Source: Felis catus (taxonomy: Eukaryota). Taken from it: a stretch of DNA of 64,000 nt. The stretch is taken from the NCBI RefSeq assembly GCF_018350175.1, contig NC_058368.1, positions 58,158,001 to 58,222,000 on the forward strand, given 5' to 3'. Position 1 is the stretch's first letter. Each line of letters starts with the position of its first letter. Shown here in pieces: positions 11,861 to 25,854 of this stretch. The notes beneath the pieces are model-generated. The model was not told the origin of the DNA, made no database searches, and was given only the letters and a program-made list of their open reading frames with translations. A program made the position numbers and the translations under genes.

Positions 11861-12445
11861 CAAGGCATCTTAGATAGGTAGAGTATATGTAAGTTATGAA
11901 AGAGCAATTCAATATATAAAATTCATTGTGATTCACTGTATTTACAAAAGACAGAATAGTCATGTGATCACTTTAACAGATTTAGAAAAGCCTTTGCCCA
12001 ACATCTGATCATAAGAAACTTTTAGCACATTAAGAATAGAGGGTAAATTCTTTAACCCGGTAATGCAAATTTGCAAAAACCCTACAGATAACATCATTAT
12101 AAATAGTGAAAGGCTGAACAGTTTCCCTGAGAAATCAGGAGCAAGGCAAGCATGTCTAGTCTCACCCATCCGTAGACCATTATACTGGAAGTCACAGTCA
12201 TTGTAGTAAGTAAAGAAAAAAAAACACAGAAAATGAAAATTTTTCTAATATATGTTTATGTTAAAATTCCAATGAGAGCAACACAAAATATTCTGGACAT
12301 AAAGTGATATCAGCAAGATTTCTGGATACAAGGTCAATATATAGCTATCAATTGTGTTTCTAATTACTGGCAATGAACAATTCTAAAATTTATATGAAAA
12401 GGCAAAAGAACTAGAATAGCAAAAGTAATTTTAAAAAGAATAAAA
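11035..12445 (+). mobile_element. Old L1 ORF2-region fragment (L1M)
   Basis: A-rich strand with L1 ORF2 motifs (TTGGTTCTTTGAAAA, ATCAGGAATGAAAGAG, ACTCAGGAAGAAATA, AACCCTACAGATAACATCAT, CAGCAAG..GGATACAAGGTCAATATA). Reading frame is disrupted; internal (CA)n at 11826-11858. Confidence 0.85.
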
Positions 12446-14222
12446 CCCTCATGATTGATTTCTTATACACATTTTATCTCAAAAGTTAATAGAGGATACC
12501 AGTTAGCTCATGCTTAATAAAAGCTTTTCCGGACCTTTGGTAAATAATTACAAAAATAGTTTAAAATGATTAAATAGTTTGCCTTCATATTTTGTTATTG
12601 TTATGATTTATTTTGAGAATCAGTCTGAACTTAAAACATAACAAGTAACAGAGCACACATGGATATATTTATCTATCATGGGAAAATAATCATGAGAAGA
12701 TTAAAAAATATATACTATTTTAAGATTCTGAAGTTCTCATTTCAGTGAAGATCAAGTAATCCAGGAATAGAAGAGATCTAGTTATCAATGTTGTCCAACA
12801 GATTTATTTACCTTAGCTAAGGATGATAATTATTGATTATATGATGCAAAATGGCAGGTTGTTATAAAAGATTTATAAATCATCCCTAGAAACAAAGAAT
12901 TTGCAGGGATCTTAATAATTTCTTAAAATTTCCTTGCATATTTATTCCAAAGATAAAGCAGTCAAGCCTGAGCCATTCCATCATGAACCCCACTTTTGCT
13001 CATCAACACATACCACAAAATTACATATCACGGAGCCCCAGTGGCTAATGCTATATCTTAGTCTCCAACCCAGAAGCCATGAATTAAATTGCAGCTTTCA
13101 AAAGGGCAAGCAAATAGTCAATGTGTATATTACAAATACCATGGATTTAGTACTTCCTGTTTTTTTTTCATACACTGCTGATCTAATACATTGTTTATAA
13201 ACATCTCTGAAAACATCTTGTTCTGTTTTGGAAAAACTGGACAAAACTGAAATTTTCCTAAAATGCTAGATATAAAATGAATAGATTTATAACAGAAGTG
13301 CTTTCAGAACTTTCATAAAAGTCCAGGGATATGGTGCAAAATAAAAATTTCTTCATTTAAATATGAATAATAATTGCTTGGGAAGAGAATATATTAATGA
13401 CATTATTTGTTAATATGGATGTTAATGCAAAATTCTCAATCTCAAATTCAAGTGACATTATGGTATAATGATATGCCAGGTGGTGTTCCATAATAAATAC
13501 CTAGATTTATCATCATTTTTGATCACAAAACAACAAATGTCAATTTATTTTTTTGTTTCCCTTTTGATTATCAGTTTCTTGAAACAGGGACTGTGTCTTT
13601 ACATATTTGGTGCCTAGCTGTTATTATATATCTCGCATAAAATGGATAATTAATAAATAATATGAGAAGAGCCATCATAGGTAGACATTCACAACTTCCG
13701 TTGGAAAGTGAATAATTTCAAGAAAACGTAACTGGCACAATGTGCGTAATTTAACTGAGTTTAGTAACTTAGACTTATTGGATTGAAGTTCTTCTAGTTG
13801 CTCTGATCTGAGTATCTGATATTTTTGATACTTATTTCCTCGTTTGAATTCAAATATTACTGAGCACCAATATGTTAACTATGTAATACTGGACTTACAT
13901 TATCAGAGTAGAAATGACTGCTCTTAAAAAAGTAAAACTGAACTTGGTAATGCAAGAGGGTTAAGGAGAGCTGTCTATTACTCACAAAAATGTACTTGGC
14001 TCACTTTTTTTTTTCCCTGAAGTGTTGATTAAATTATAAATTTATGAAGATTGGCATAAAGCCATTTCTGACTTTTTATAAATGGCTGAACTCATATTTT
14101 TCTTTCTAGTTCTATCATTTGTATAAAGCAAGATAATTTCCATTACTTTTATTAAGTCCTAGTGTCCTGACTCACAGTGACATCCATTCAGCATATATGA
14201 TGAAGGTTTAAAAATAGTTTAA

Positions 14223-14420
14223 GGGGCCCCTGGGTGGCTTAGTTGGTTGAGGTTCCGACTCTGGATTTCTGCTTAAGTCATGATCTCCATGATCATGAGA
14301 TCAAACACTGTGGCCAGCTCCACATTTAAGATTCTATCCCTCTTCTCCCTCTACTCCCTCTCCCCCACTTGCACTCTGTCTCTCTTTCAAAAAATAATAT
14401 ATATATTTATATTATATATT
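14223..14420 (+). mobile_element. Can-SINE (older, diverged)
   Basis: GGGGCCCCTGGGTGGCTTAGTTGGTT head. TSD-like AAA(A/G)TAGTTTAA on both sides. Confidence 0.85.
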
Positions 14421-14700
14421 TTAAAGTAGTTTAATATTCTAGATTATAATCTTAAAATTATAGAAGGCAAGACCATCAAATTTAGTCAGTTGATACTTGC
14501 TGTGCCCTCTTGACATTAATTTGTCTTAATGGGTAAAACAATTCTATGTTTATGTTAACTTATAAAATCTACAGTGAATGCGTTTGAAACAGTTTTAGTG
14601 ATTTGTATGTTATTTTGCCGTCTTTTTCTCTATTTTAAAAGTCAGTCACTATTACCAGTTAGGAAGATCATTAAAAAAAGCCATTTGTCATTAGAGAAAT

Positions 14701-14703
<3 letters not shown>

Positions 14704-14742
<39 letters not shown>
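14704..14742. repeat. (CA)n microsatellite
   Basis: Direct reading. Confidence 0.97.
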
Positions 14743-14745
<3 letters not shown>

Positions 14746-16749
14746 TTTATTCTATGGTAGCCATCTTTATTAGGAAGTGACATTTCTAACAAAATTAAAA
14801 CTTTGTACATATGTAAGCAAAAATCATTGATGCTGCATCTGAGTTATTTAATGGATTTAATGGCATGTTGTTAAGGTACATCTACATGAAAGAATTGTTT
14901 CTAATTTCAAATGGATTGTAAAAACTAGAGTTTTCTGCGTGAATTGCTTATTCCTCTTTAGATTTTGTTAATTTGGGTCGGAGCAAGTGTTGAGAGACTT
15001 GACCCATAGGACTAAAATCTTATTCTTCAAATCTTCTCAACTCTAAAAATGGTTGAGATTCATCAATTATTATTATTTTTCAATCAATGGAGTTACACTG
15101 AGATTTATTGTTCACTACCACAGAAAATTGGAATTACAGTGGTCTCTGATAACCTTTATTGTGGTAACAAAAGTATAGAAATAAATTCTAAGAAGAACAA
15201 ACTGAGAAGTTGAATAATAGTATTAATCAACTACTTGATCCCACCCATTTAGAAGTGAGGGCACACAAATGTCTGATAAACAGCTGAAGAGACACTCAGA
15301 AAAGTGCTTTCCCTTGTCAGTGTCGGTTACAAAGCAAACATAAGACCCACATGTAATTGGTGAATTACAGTTTTAAAAAGTTTGATTTTAAAAGCTTCTT
15401 GAATATATGGTATGTGAGTCACCACTTGCATGACTTTATGGTTGAAGGTTCTGTATACAGCAGCCTGAAAACATACTTACTTAATGAATCATCAGTGGAT
15501 GGTAGGGATGGCTTATAAATCTATCCATTCACATTACAGAAAGATAAATCACACTGAAGTTTATAGGCTTATAAACTATTGTATCACATACTTCTTATTC
15601 TAAAAGCTTTTTGTTGACATCACTCCTACAAAATATGCCATGCCAGCTATTCTCTTTTATCAGTTGAAGTGAGCACCATTGCTTTTCTGTGGAATTTACT
15701 TTTAATAGAATACCTTACCTCTGATTGCAATAACAGTTATTATTTTTTTTTGGTTAAAGAAACAATTGATTTGTTCTTAAAATCTTGACAAAATAATATA
15801 CTGCTGCTGATGAGCTGGCAGGTTGCTTTTTAATTATTTACCATTTAAACTACAACTTTCACCTAAATTTGGGTTAGTTTTGTAATACAAGGTAAGTAAA
15901 AGAAAGACAAAAAGGTTAGTTGATGGGCAGTAATGCCAGGGTCTAAAATGAGTAACAAAGCTTTTTAGAGATCACCCTGACAGACTTCAAAGATATTGTA
16001 TTCTTAAGTACTTATTATGTAGATGACTGTAATTTGTGTGGAATTAAGTTTAAAGAAATTGAAAGTTACTGACATTATGTTTATAGAATTTTCTAGGATT
16101 TTAGAAAATGTTAAGAAATTACAAATTTCTCTTCTTAATGCTTGCTTAGGTTTGTTTATCAAAAAAAAAAAAAAAAAAAAACAGAAAGAAGCAAAGAAAG
16201 CCATGAGGTCCCTTTATCCGAATATATTCATGCCTTTATTTCATCTGTGTATATTGCATAATTGCCCAACTGAAATTCAAAGTGTCACCCATGTATCCAG
16301 TAATTAAAGTAATCTAACCTGAAAGGAATAACAAGTTTATGTCTTTTTGATATAGATAGTAAAGGAAAAGGAGCAGAGTCCTTGCTCATCCTCCAAAAGT
16401 GATTCCAGTTTGTTAAGACACTATTTTAAGATCTCCACAGCCTGGAATGAAAGAGATCCCTGGGAAATTATATTGAAAATAAATAAGTAAATTGTGGTTG
16501 AAAGACTTATGTCAAGATATTTTATAATTAATATTATTAAAGTCATGTTTAACTGAGCAATGTAACTGAAAATATTTATTATCAATAAAATTTTTAAAAA
16601 TTAAAAAATAAGTTCTTGATGAAAATCTATATAATCATTACCAATTTAATGAAAAATAAAGACAATCTCTTAAGGTCTTTAGAATGATAGAAGTACTAAA
16701 TATATGTATGTTTTTATTTGTTTTCTTGGTCTTTCTTAAAACCATCTCT

Positions 16750-18200
16750 TTAAAAAATAGCTTTATTAAGATTATTCACATATCATAAAATTCACCCTTT
16801 AAAAGTGAACAATTACATGTTTCTTAGTATATTCGTAGAGTAGGTATCACCACTACTTAGTTGTAGAAAATTTCATTACACCTAAATGAAACTCTATACA
16901 CATTAGCAGTCACAACCCTTCCTTCCCAGCACTGGCAACCACCAATCTACTTTCTATCTTTATGAATTTGACAACCGGTGCATATCATATAAATGGGATC
17001 ATAAAATATGTGGTCTTGTATCTGGCTTCTGCCACTGAGCATAAAGTTTCAATTTTCATACATGTTGTGGTATGTATCAGTACTTTGTTATTTTTATTAC
17101 CAAACCATATCTCATTGTACGAATGAACAACATTTCATTTACCCATTCATTTAATGAAAGATATTTGAATTATTTCCACCTTTTGGCTATTAGGAATAAA
17201 GCTGCCATGATCATTTATATACATTTTCTCCTGGATATGTATGTTCTTTTTTTAAACTTTTAAAAAAGTTTATTTAGCTATTTAGAGAGAGAGAGAGAAC
17301 AAGAGCAAGGGAGAGGCAAAGAGAGGGAGAGAGAGAATCCCAAGCAGGCTCCACACTGGCAGTGCAGAGTCCAACGTTTGAGAACATGACCTGAGCTGAA
17401 ACCAGGAGTCAGACGCTCAATTGACTGAGCCACCAAGGCACCCCTGGAGATATATATTCTTATTACTCTTGGTTATATAACAAGGAATAGGATTACTGGA
17501 TCATATGATAATTCTGTTTCGCATTTTGAAGAACTACCTAACACTATTCCAAAGTAGTTACAGCTATGTAGTAAGCTTTGAAATAGGGCAATGTGATTTT
17601 TTTTCAAGATTTTTTTGGGGGTGGGCTAATCTGGATCCCTTGCATTTCCATTTAGTTTTAGGAATGTGATTTTCAACTTCTACAAAAGAAAATTGTACAG
17701 CTAAGTTTTTCATAAGGATCATATTGAATCTGTAGATCAATTTGTGGAACGTTGCCATCTTAACAATGTTAGTCTTCTGTTCCATGAATACAGGTAGTCT
17801 TTGTATTTATTTTTAAATTTTTTTTCCAGCAGCGTTTTACAGCTTTCTGTGTAAAAGTCTTGCACTATTGTTAATTTTTTTAATAAGTTTATTTTTAGTT
17901 ACTGTAAATTGAATTATTACTTAATTTCTTTGCTTAGTATATAGAAATAAAATTTATTTTTATATTGATTTTTTCTCCTGTAACTTGCTGAACAAGTTTG
18001 TTAGTTCTTATAGTTTTAGTGGATTCCTAAGATTTTCTGTATACAAGATTACATCATCTTTGAATAGAGCTAGTTTTACTTTTACCTTTACAGTCTGTGT
18101 GCTTTATGTTTATATATATTTATTCTCAAATTGACCCCAGGTACAACCTCTAGTGTAATGTTACATAAAAATGATGATAGGGGAATTCTTGTTTTCTTTC
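16750..18200 (-). mobile_element. L1MB-like 3' UTR/ORF2 fragment, interrupted by a SINE
   Basis: AGCTTTATT..CATAAAATTCACCCTTTAAAAGTG, CTGGCAACCACCAATCTACTTTCT, CATATTGAATCTGTAGATCAATTTG. The minus-strand ORF 17564-17785 (KMATFHKLIYRFN..KWKCKGSRLA) is L1 ORF2-like. Confidence 0.9.
17248..17444 (-). mobile_element. Can-SINE inserted in L1
   Basis: Reverse SINE ending GAGCCACCAAGGCACCCC. Degenerate TSD CTGGA..TAT.TTCTT. Confidence 0.9.
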
Positions 18201-18827
18201 TAATTGCAGAGTATTTCCTTCATCTTAAGTGACCAATGATTAGCCAAAATAATATGCAATTTCAGAATTAAGTGTTGTAACTATTTACCTTTATCAAAAA
18301 ATAGATTGTTGGGCAAATGATTTGCATGCATATACTTTATTAATTTTACTTGTCTACACATTACTTGAGGAAATTAGAAGTATATATTATGTTTAAACTA
18401 GTTATTTCTGTGAACAGAACACTCAAAATGTAATAAAATTTGTATGCTATTATTAATAGTGAATGGCAATGTTTGCCACTAATCCCATTGATTGTTTTGT
18501 AAATCAATTTTAATTATCTAGAAAGATACTGGAAAGGTAGAGTACAGCTCTACATTTTCATAGCATTTATATTTTAAGAAAAAAACTGAAAGTATTAAAA
18601 CTTATATGAGTACACAAAGTTATGAGTTCACAAAATTTACGAAGGTAAAAAATTTGCATAAATAGATAACTCAACAAAGATTAACCAAATATTTACTTCC
18701 AAACCTTTACACATATATTCTTTTATTTAGTAGCTGATATCCAATGAAAACAGAATCATTTATTACAGGAAAATTTTTATCATTAACATCTGTTGTTATT
18801 TATTTCATTTGGTGAAAATATATTTTA

Positions 18828-19043
18828 TTTTACTTTTTAGATGTCTATTTATTATTGAGAGACAGAGGGAGACAGAGCATGAGCATGGGAAGGACCCAGA
18901 GAGGGGAGACACAGAATCTGAAGCAGGCTCCAGGCTCTGAGCAGTCAGCACAGAGCCCGATGTGGGGCTCGAACTCACAAACTGCGAGATCATGACCTGA
19001 GCCGAAGTCAGATGCTTAACTGACTGAGCTACCCAGGCGCCCC
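18828..19043 (-). mobile_element. Can-SINE (SINEC_Fc-type)
   Basis: Full length. TSD TGGT(G/A)AAAATATATTTTA (18810-18827/19044-19061). Confidence 0.97.
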
Positions 19044-20004
19044 TGGTAAAAATATATTTTAGAATCCATTTACATTTAACTACTTTTACAGTCTGTCTTC
19101 GTACTATAGATTATACATTTTGATCTTGGTTGAAATGAAGAGCAATTGATACAATAAGTGAGACATATTCTCAATGCAGGATCTTTGGAAAAATACAAAG
19201 TATTCATTCTGACTCCACAGATACTTCATTAGAAGTTCAAGAATATGAGTGAGATCATAGGAGTATTACAATAAATATCAAGTACACTGATTTAAACCTA
19301 TATACTCTCTGCCTCATGTTGAGGTTTCCTTGCTTCTTTAGTATCATTTAGAATCATCAGGGGCATACTTTGTATTCAAAACTTCCTTAGGAATAATGTT
19401 GTTTGTTCAACCCAGACTGCTCACAGTTCCTTAAATTCTTGCTCTCACCATTGCTTTAAAATTATTTTGTTCATTTTAACTTGCTGACAAGATCTGGTCT
19501 TGTTTGTTTGTTTTCCCCGTTTGTTTAAAAACCACTGTCTATGTGATCCCTTATGATATAGCTATTATAGGCATTCACAATTCTTTCCACATCAAGTGGT
19601 CTCCAACTTTCTTGGTAGTTGTGCCTGGACTCATTCTATGTACCATACTTTCCATTTGGAACCAGGGTTCCCTCCAGAGTTTAACTCTTCATAATTGTTG
19701 GCTCCTAGCGAATTACGGATTTACTATCAGAGGCATATTTTTCATTCTACATATAAATTCTGGTCCATATGTTACCCAAAAGTGTACAAGGCATGTTAAT
19801 ACCTCAGAACAATTGTGGTGTTATAATTCACATTCTTCTTAGGCCATAGTTGATACTATGGCTATCTGGATAAAGGAGAGATGGAAGTTGCTAATTCCAT
19901 ATAATAGGCGTATGTGCATGGTAGCTGTAGGTCTGGCTGGCATACAAATATCTCAATTTGACTATATTAAATTGTGTTTTTAATCATATTGTGACTAATC
20001 AGAA

Positions 20005-20213
20005 GAGGTCTCCTGGGTGGCTCAGTCAGTTAAGCGTCTGACTTCGGCTCAGGTCATGATCTCATAGCTAGTGAGTTTGAGCCCCATCATGGGCTCTGTG
20101 CTGATAGCTCAGAGCCTGGAGCCTGCTTCCAATACTTGCCTCCCTCTCTACCTCTCCCCCGTTCTCACTCTCTCTCTCAAAAATAAGTAAACATTAAATA
20201 ATTTATAAAAAAA
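20005..20213 (+). mobile_element. Can-SINE (SINEC_Fc-type)
   Basis: CCTGGGTGGCTCAGTCAGTTAAGCGTCTGACTTCGGCTCAGGTCATGATCTC. TSD ACTAATCA. Confidence 0.95.
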
Positions 20214-21386
20214 ACTAATCAAGGTATTAAAAAGGAAAAAATCATTAACCTTAATGTTCATCTATATTTGCTCTGAGAATATACCAGTATTTATTTAATA
20301 ACTAACCTTTTGAAATTTTCATTGCCTTTAATATTGCTAAAGGAAATAATAAGTTATTCTTGTATAAAAAATTTAGAACATAAATGTACCTAGGATTGAT
20401 TTCTATTAGTGAAATTATTGGGTCCCAATGTATAAGGGACAAATAGATTGTCAGAAAGCTTTAAATAATGGTGTACTTCCAGAAATCCCTCATCACATTC
20501 TTGCTAACATTTGATGGGTAAAAATCATGTGATATTATTATATCATTTTATGGTTACCGTTTACATATGGATATTTTATTTTTTAATGTATTGACTGTTA
20601 GTGTTTCTTCTATGATCCAGCTTTTCTTCTCGTTGCATGTTGTACTAAATCTCTCTCTTCTTTTTTAACATTCTACTAGAGTTTCTCAAACCTACAATCA
20701 CAGATTTTGTTTTCTATATTATATGAATAAAATTATGTTCTGCTGCTCTTCCAGTATAAATTTTAATTTTGGTATTATGTCTAGGGCTTCACAGCAGTTC
20801 TTCAAAATTTCATCCCTCTGCTGCTTCTTGTCAGCCTCTTTCCTTAATGTTCTCTGTCCCAATTTCTCAGGAGGCACTGGCCTCTGTGTCCTGCTGAAGA
20901 TGCCAAATCATTTCATGTCATTTATAAAATGAAATATTGAGAGTGAAGCTTTTGCTGTAATTATTCAATATATTTCTACATTTGCTTTTTTGTAAAGATT
21001 TTTTTTGTGATCAATTCAGTTTCTTCAGCTTATTGATTCTATAGCACTTTGGCATATTTGATCATATGAGCATCTTGGTGCATTATCATCACTTTATTAT
21101 TCTTTTTTTTCTCACAAGACATTCTAAGTTACTTTTGTTGACTGTTCTTCCCATATGCACCTCTGAATACTGAAGCTTCCCAGGACCGAGGCTTTACACC
21201 CACTTTTTACCTGTATCTACATTAATTAGCTTCATAATTATATGCAAGGCTCTGTGTTAAATGTCATTTATACTGATATTTTCTACATTTGTATTTCTAA
21301 ACCAAATTTTTCTATTTGACTTGTATATTAGGTCTATTAGGATTCCCTAAAAAGAGTTTGAGAATAAAATTTACATGCAAGAAAGT

Positions 21387-22251
21387 AAGTAAAACGTTAG
21401 TTTGTGAACATAATTCATTCTGGAAACATGCCTGTAAACCAAAGCACTTGCATATCAAAGAGAATTTCCTCATGAGAAATAGTGCACTCAGATGAGTCAT
21501 TACACAAACCAGAATATTCAAGTAAAATGATTACAATGCTGTAATATAATACAAAATAATAAAGAAAATATAAAAATATAAAGGAAAATAAATCAACCTG
21601 CACTTACCTTTCAAAACTTTCATGGCTAGTGTGAGGGAGACGAGAGAGGAGGATATAGGATGACTTTCACTATTACTGATGGAATGATTGCTATCTGTTG
21701 GCTCAATGGAATCTTTTTCTGCATGGGGGCCATTGTATACACTTGCACAGATATTGACTACAGTACAGTGTTGATAAACTCTTGTCATATACTGTATTGA
21801 ATGTAACTGGAAATAAGGAGCAGAGGAAAGGGTCTATATCTGCAGGCAGCCTGACCTAGAATGAAGCAAAGCATTCCTAAGCTTACTCTTGTATGGAAAA
21901 GCAAAGGACTGTCCATAGGTGCTTTGAAGTGACAAAAATACACTAATGGCTATTGTGGGCACCTTCCAACCTTCTGAAAAATAACTGATTTCTGCCAAAC
22001 ACTGTGGTCTGAGACTGAGCATCCGAGCATGGGAGACAATCACTCATAATCCTGCAAAGAGACAGACAGAAAGAGAGAGAGAGAGAGGGGAGAAGAATCA
22101 TTGGCTCATTTGTGATCATGTGACATTCGGCATTACATACTACTTGTATTGCAAGACATTACTCATTTATCAAGTGAAAATTTATTAAAAATGTTTTCTC
22201 GTATTGCAGAACAATTGCAGAACAAGTTACTCATAATCCAAGATTTTACTG
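21387..22251. mobile_element. Non-autonomous TcMar-Tigger element (carnivore Tigger2a_Car-like)
   Basis: Degenerate terminal inverted repeats AGTAAAACGTTAGTTTGTGA ... TCATAATCCAAGATTTTACTG followed by TA. Internal sequence resembles a recalled carnivore Tigger derivative. No transposase ORF. Confidence 0.7.
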
Positions 22252-22643
22252 TATTGTCATGGGTAATGTAAAAGAGCCAAAGGAAACAATAGGAAACAGA
22301 AGAAGCCCAATGAAGACTTGCTTTCAGATATAAGTCTAGCCCCATGGTGATGATGTACATTGAACCATGAGGACAAGAGTATTGCCTTTTGTTCTTTACT
22401 TGCTATTGCCCTGGAAGAAACTGTTTAATGTGAGGTGTTGACAGTGGCCCAAATGCAATGTATGCTCAGGTATAGGCAGCAGCACAGGCAGTGTATGCGG
22501 CAGTTGGGTGAGTGATAGCACTAGCAGTCAATGGGAACCTAAGACATTTTGGAGGTGCACCAACAGTGTTTGCCCCAATATCAAACTTCCTACTTTGTAT
22601 CTTTGCTTTAGTATCCAGGAGCCATCTAACTAAACCAATTTTA

Positions 22644-22860
22644 TTTTATTTTTTTTTCAACGTTTATTTACTTTTGGGACAGAGAGAGACAGAGCATGAA
22701 CGGGGGAGGGGCAGAGAGAGAGGGAGACACAGAATCGGAAACAGGCTCCAGGCTCTGAGCCATCAGCCCAGAGCCTGACGCGGGGCTCGAACTCACGGAC
22801 CGCGAGATCGTGACCTGGCTGAAGTCGGACACTTAACCGACTGCGCCACCCAGGCGCCCC
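22644..22860 (-). mobile_element. Young Can-SINE (SINEC_Fc)
   Basis: CpG-rich and close to consensus. Perfect 18-bp TSD CTAACTAAACCAATTTTA (22626-22643/22861-22878). Confidence 0.98.
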
Positions 22861-23375
22861 CTAACTAAACCAATTTTAAAATAAAGGTTTGTTTCTCCTC
22901 ATACACACTTCTAGACTCATGATTGACCACTTCTCTAACTTTTAAGTGACACAGTCTTTTATTTGGTTACCTAAACCAAAAACCTAGGAGACTTCTTTTA
23001 TTAGTTTGTTTTGCTCATATCCTGTATTCAGGCTTATTGTAAGACCTGTCAGTGCATATTCAAACATTTTCCTAATTGTCAAAATATTTTATGACCTGGT
23101 GGAGGTGAGGCGAGGCATTCTGAAAATACGTAATTTTTCTGTCATTCATGCAACTATATTGTCATCTGCCTGTTATATGTTACAGAGCAATTAGACAAGG
23201 AGCAAAAAAGTGGAAAAAATTCAAAGCAGACTACTAAAATGAGAATAAATGTTTGTTAGGTGGGCTAACTTGATGACTATATGTAAGTATTTTCATGTTC
23301 TTGCTTAGAGACACGAAATCTCTTTTGTATATCAAAGAAAATACTAACTTAGGTACTTAAGGGAATGTATTTCTT

Positions 23376-23585
23376 TTTTTTTAAATTTTTTAACGTTTAT
23401 TTATTTTTGAGACAGAGAGAGACAGAGCATGAACAGGGGAGGGGCAGAGAGAGAGGGAGACATAGAATCTGAAACAGGCTCCAGGCTCTGAGCTGTCCCC
23501 GACGCAGGGCTTGAACTCATGGACCACGAGATCATGACCTGAGCCGAAGTCGGACGCCTAACCGACTGAGCCACCCAGGCACCCC
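23376..23585 (-). mobile_element. Can-SINE (SINEC_Fc-type), small internal deletion
   Basis: Reverse SINE ending CCACCCAGGCACCCC. Lacks AGCACAGAG after GAGCTGTC. Short TSD ATTTCTT. Confidence 0.95.
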
Positions 23586-25639
23586 AATTTCTTACCAATT
23601 ATGATAAATAAGCTCTGTCCAAATTTAAGGTCTGTGTTGCATCTTTCTCCTAGTTGAGTCATCTTACAGAGTGATCTGACAAAGAGTTCTGAGGGGAAAG
23701 GTTTCCAATCCAAGTCTGTAGTTTTTGTTGATTTAGTCCTATGTCTGCATCATATTTAATGTTTTCAATTGCTACAAGTCAAAGGTTACTTGTCAGACTT
23801 TAAAATACTTTAATGTATTTTCACAGTTCTGTCTGTATTTAAGTGAAATTGTGCAGGTCCTCCTGACTTGTTTTAATTCTTAAGTGACTCTCATTGCTGG
23901 GACACCAAAGGAAGCTGAGACTTATTATGCAGTGAACCAAAATACTACACAATAAAATAAAGAGGTGTGTGCTTACACATGTGTATAGATATTTGAAAGA
24001 ATCATAATCACAGCACAAATTAAAGCAATCATAAATTCAGATATATCATTCATAAACTTATTTAATATGGTAATATATTAGCTCTTAAACACATATATTC
24101 ATTTAGGTCACAAAAAGACATTCAGCTGATCTTATCCTTGGCTGTAAGTCTTACTTTCTTTGGAAGTAGGACATCATAACAATTTTTACTTCCCTAGGAC
24201 TTTTTCTCAGTTGGATGTTTCAAAGTAGCCTATTTATTTTTAATGATTTGATACTCTGTCTTCACTGCCTTTTACAAGGTTAAGTTACTTTTACTTTTAT
24301 ATTACTAAAAATACTGTTCAACCTAAAGTACTAAAGTCTCAAAAGCTACACATATAAGCAGAATTAATGACTGGAAGACTGTGTTCTTCATTTAATCTAT
24401 CCAAAATGCAGAGTGCTGCTTAGCTTTTAACCGTTGTAACCACTGTGGCTATCATGGGGTCTCTGCGCATATTTGCTGCTTGGTAGATCTCAGCAGGATA
24501 ATAAAATGTATGCTCTTTGTTAGAAACTAAGATTTTTAAAGCCTTTAACACAAAGACCTAATGATGAATACTTTTTCCAGTCTCTGCGGTTGGTGAAATT
24601 CTGTTTTACAGGGAAAATATTAAAAAAAAAAGGCCAATATTGCACAAGTAAAAAATCTACTTCCAAGCCACACTTTGTCAAATAAACATACTGAACAATT
24701 AGTTATGTAAGTTATTATTTCTACTTGAGATACCAAAAATAGCGTGAAAGTAATATCTTGGCTGCCTCATTTTACACAGAGACCCAGTATGGAAATTTAA
24801 CTAAAAAAATAAACTGTCATTACAATCTACTTTTCTCTATTTTCAGAAATGTAAATGTTAAGGTGTCATAAATTATTAAAAGAAACAAATTTCTAAAAAA
24901 ATATGACAATATATTTTATTTTTGTTACTTTTAGAAACAAAATATTGTAAGTATGACTAAACTTTATTCAAGATCAAAAGGCATTCAGTGTCTTGTGCCT
25001 GACCTTATTCCTTTAATCTAATTTCTTATGTTTTTACTTACATACAGGACAAACATCTACCTACCATATAGAACATTGCATATATGTCATTTCATGTGAA
25101 TTATGAAAAAAATATATACATTATCTGCTTATTATTTTTATTTTATTTTATTTTGCTTATAAATACATTTTATGGTCTAATTTAACTTTAATATAAGTTT
25201 TAACTCTAAAGTACTCAAATTTGTGAATAGATACCTATTAGCTAGTGACAAATTGCTCTGAAGATCATAATATCAATTTACCCTCTCAGAATCAGTTAAG
25301 GGAAATAAATTTATCCTTATTCTTGCCAACATTTGAATCTATCATTCTACTTTATTTTTCCCAACATTGTGGTTTGAAATAATGGCTTTAATTGCTTTAG
25401 TTTATAGTTATCTGGTAGCTTGTAAGATTGAGCTCCTTTTCAGTATCTTTAATTGCTGTAAATATTTTGGGTTCTGTGACTGCCTAATTTCTGTTCGTGG
25501 ACTTTGTTCTAAAACTTACAGGTTGTCTTTTCTTCATATATGTTGGATACTACATGTCTTCTATTACGTTGAGTTGTTCTCTCCATCTATTGTTTGAATC
25601 TGTTGCTTGGGTAAGAACATTATCAGAACCCTGTGTTCT

Positions 25640-25854
25640 GGGGTATGAGGGTGGCTCAGGTGGTTAAGCATCTGACTCTTGATATCAGCTTTGGTCATGA
25701 TCTCGTGGATCGTGTGTTTGAGCCCCATGTTGGGCTCTCTTGTGACAGTGCAGAGCCTGCTTGAGATTCTATCTTTCTCCTTTTCTCTGCCCCTCCCCTG
25801 CTCTTGTACTCTCTCTCTCTCCCTCAAATTAAATAAATAAACCTTAAAAAAAAA
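25640..25854 (+). mobile_element. Can-SINE
   Basis: Head, (CT)n linker and A tail. TSD AG(A/C)ACCC(T/A)GTGTTCT. Confidence 0.93.

Noticed and set aside
15470..15900. Isolated donor-like sites on both strands (AAG|GTAAGT near 15891; minus-strand CTTAC near 15476 and 15714)
   Set aside because: No matching strong acceptor and open frame to define an exon.
19504..19842. 112-aa hydrophobic ORF
   Set aside because: TTG start, no recognisable domain and no convincing splice signals; consistent with chance in T-rich DNA.
22270..22576. Possible old ERVL LTR fragment (GGTGCACCAACAGTGTTTGC end motif)
   Set aside because: Too degenerate to assign a family or boundaries by eye.
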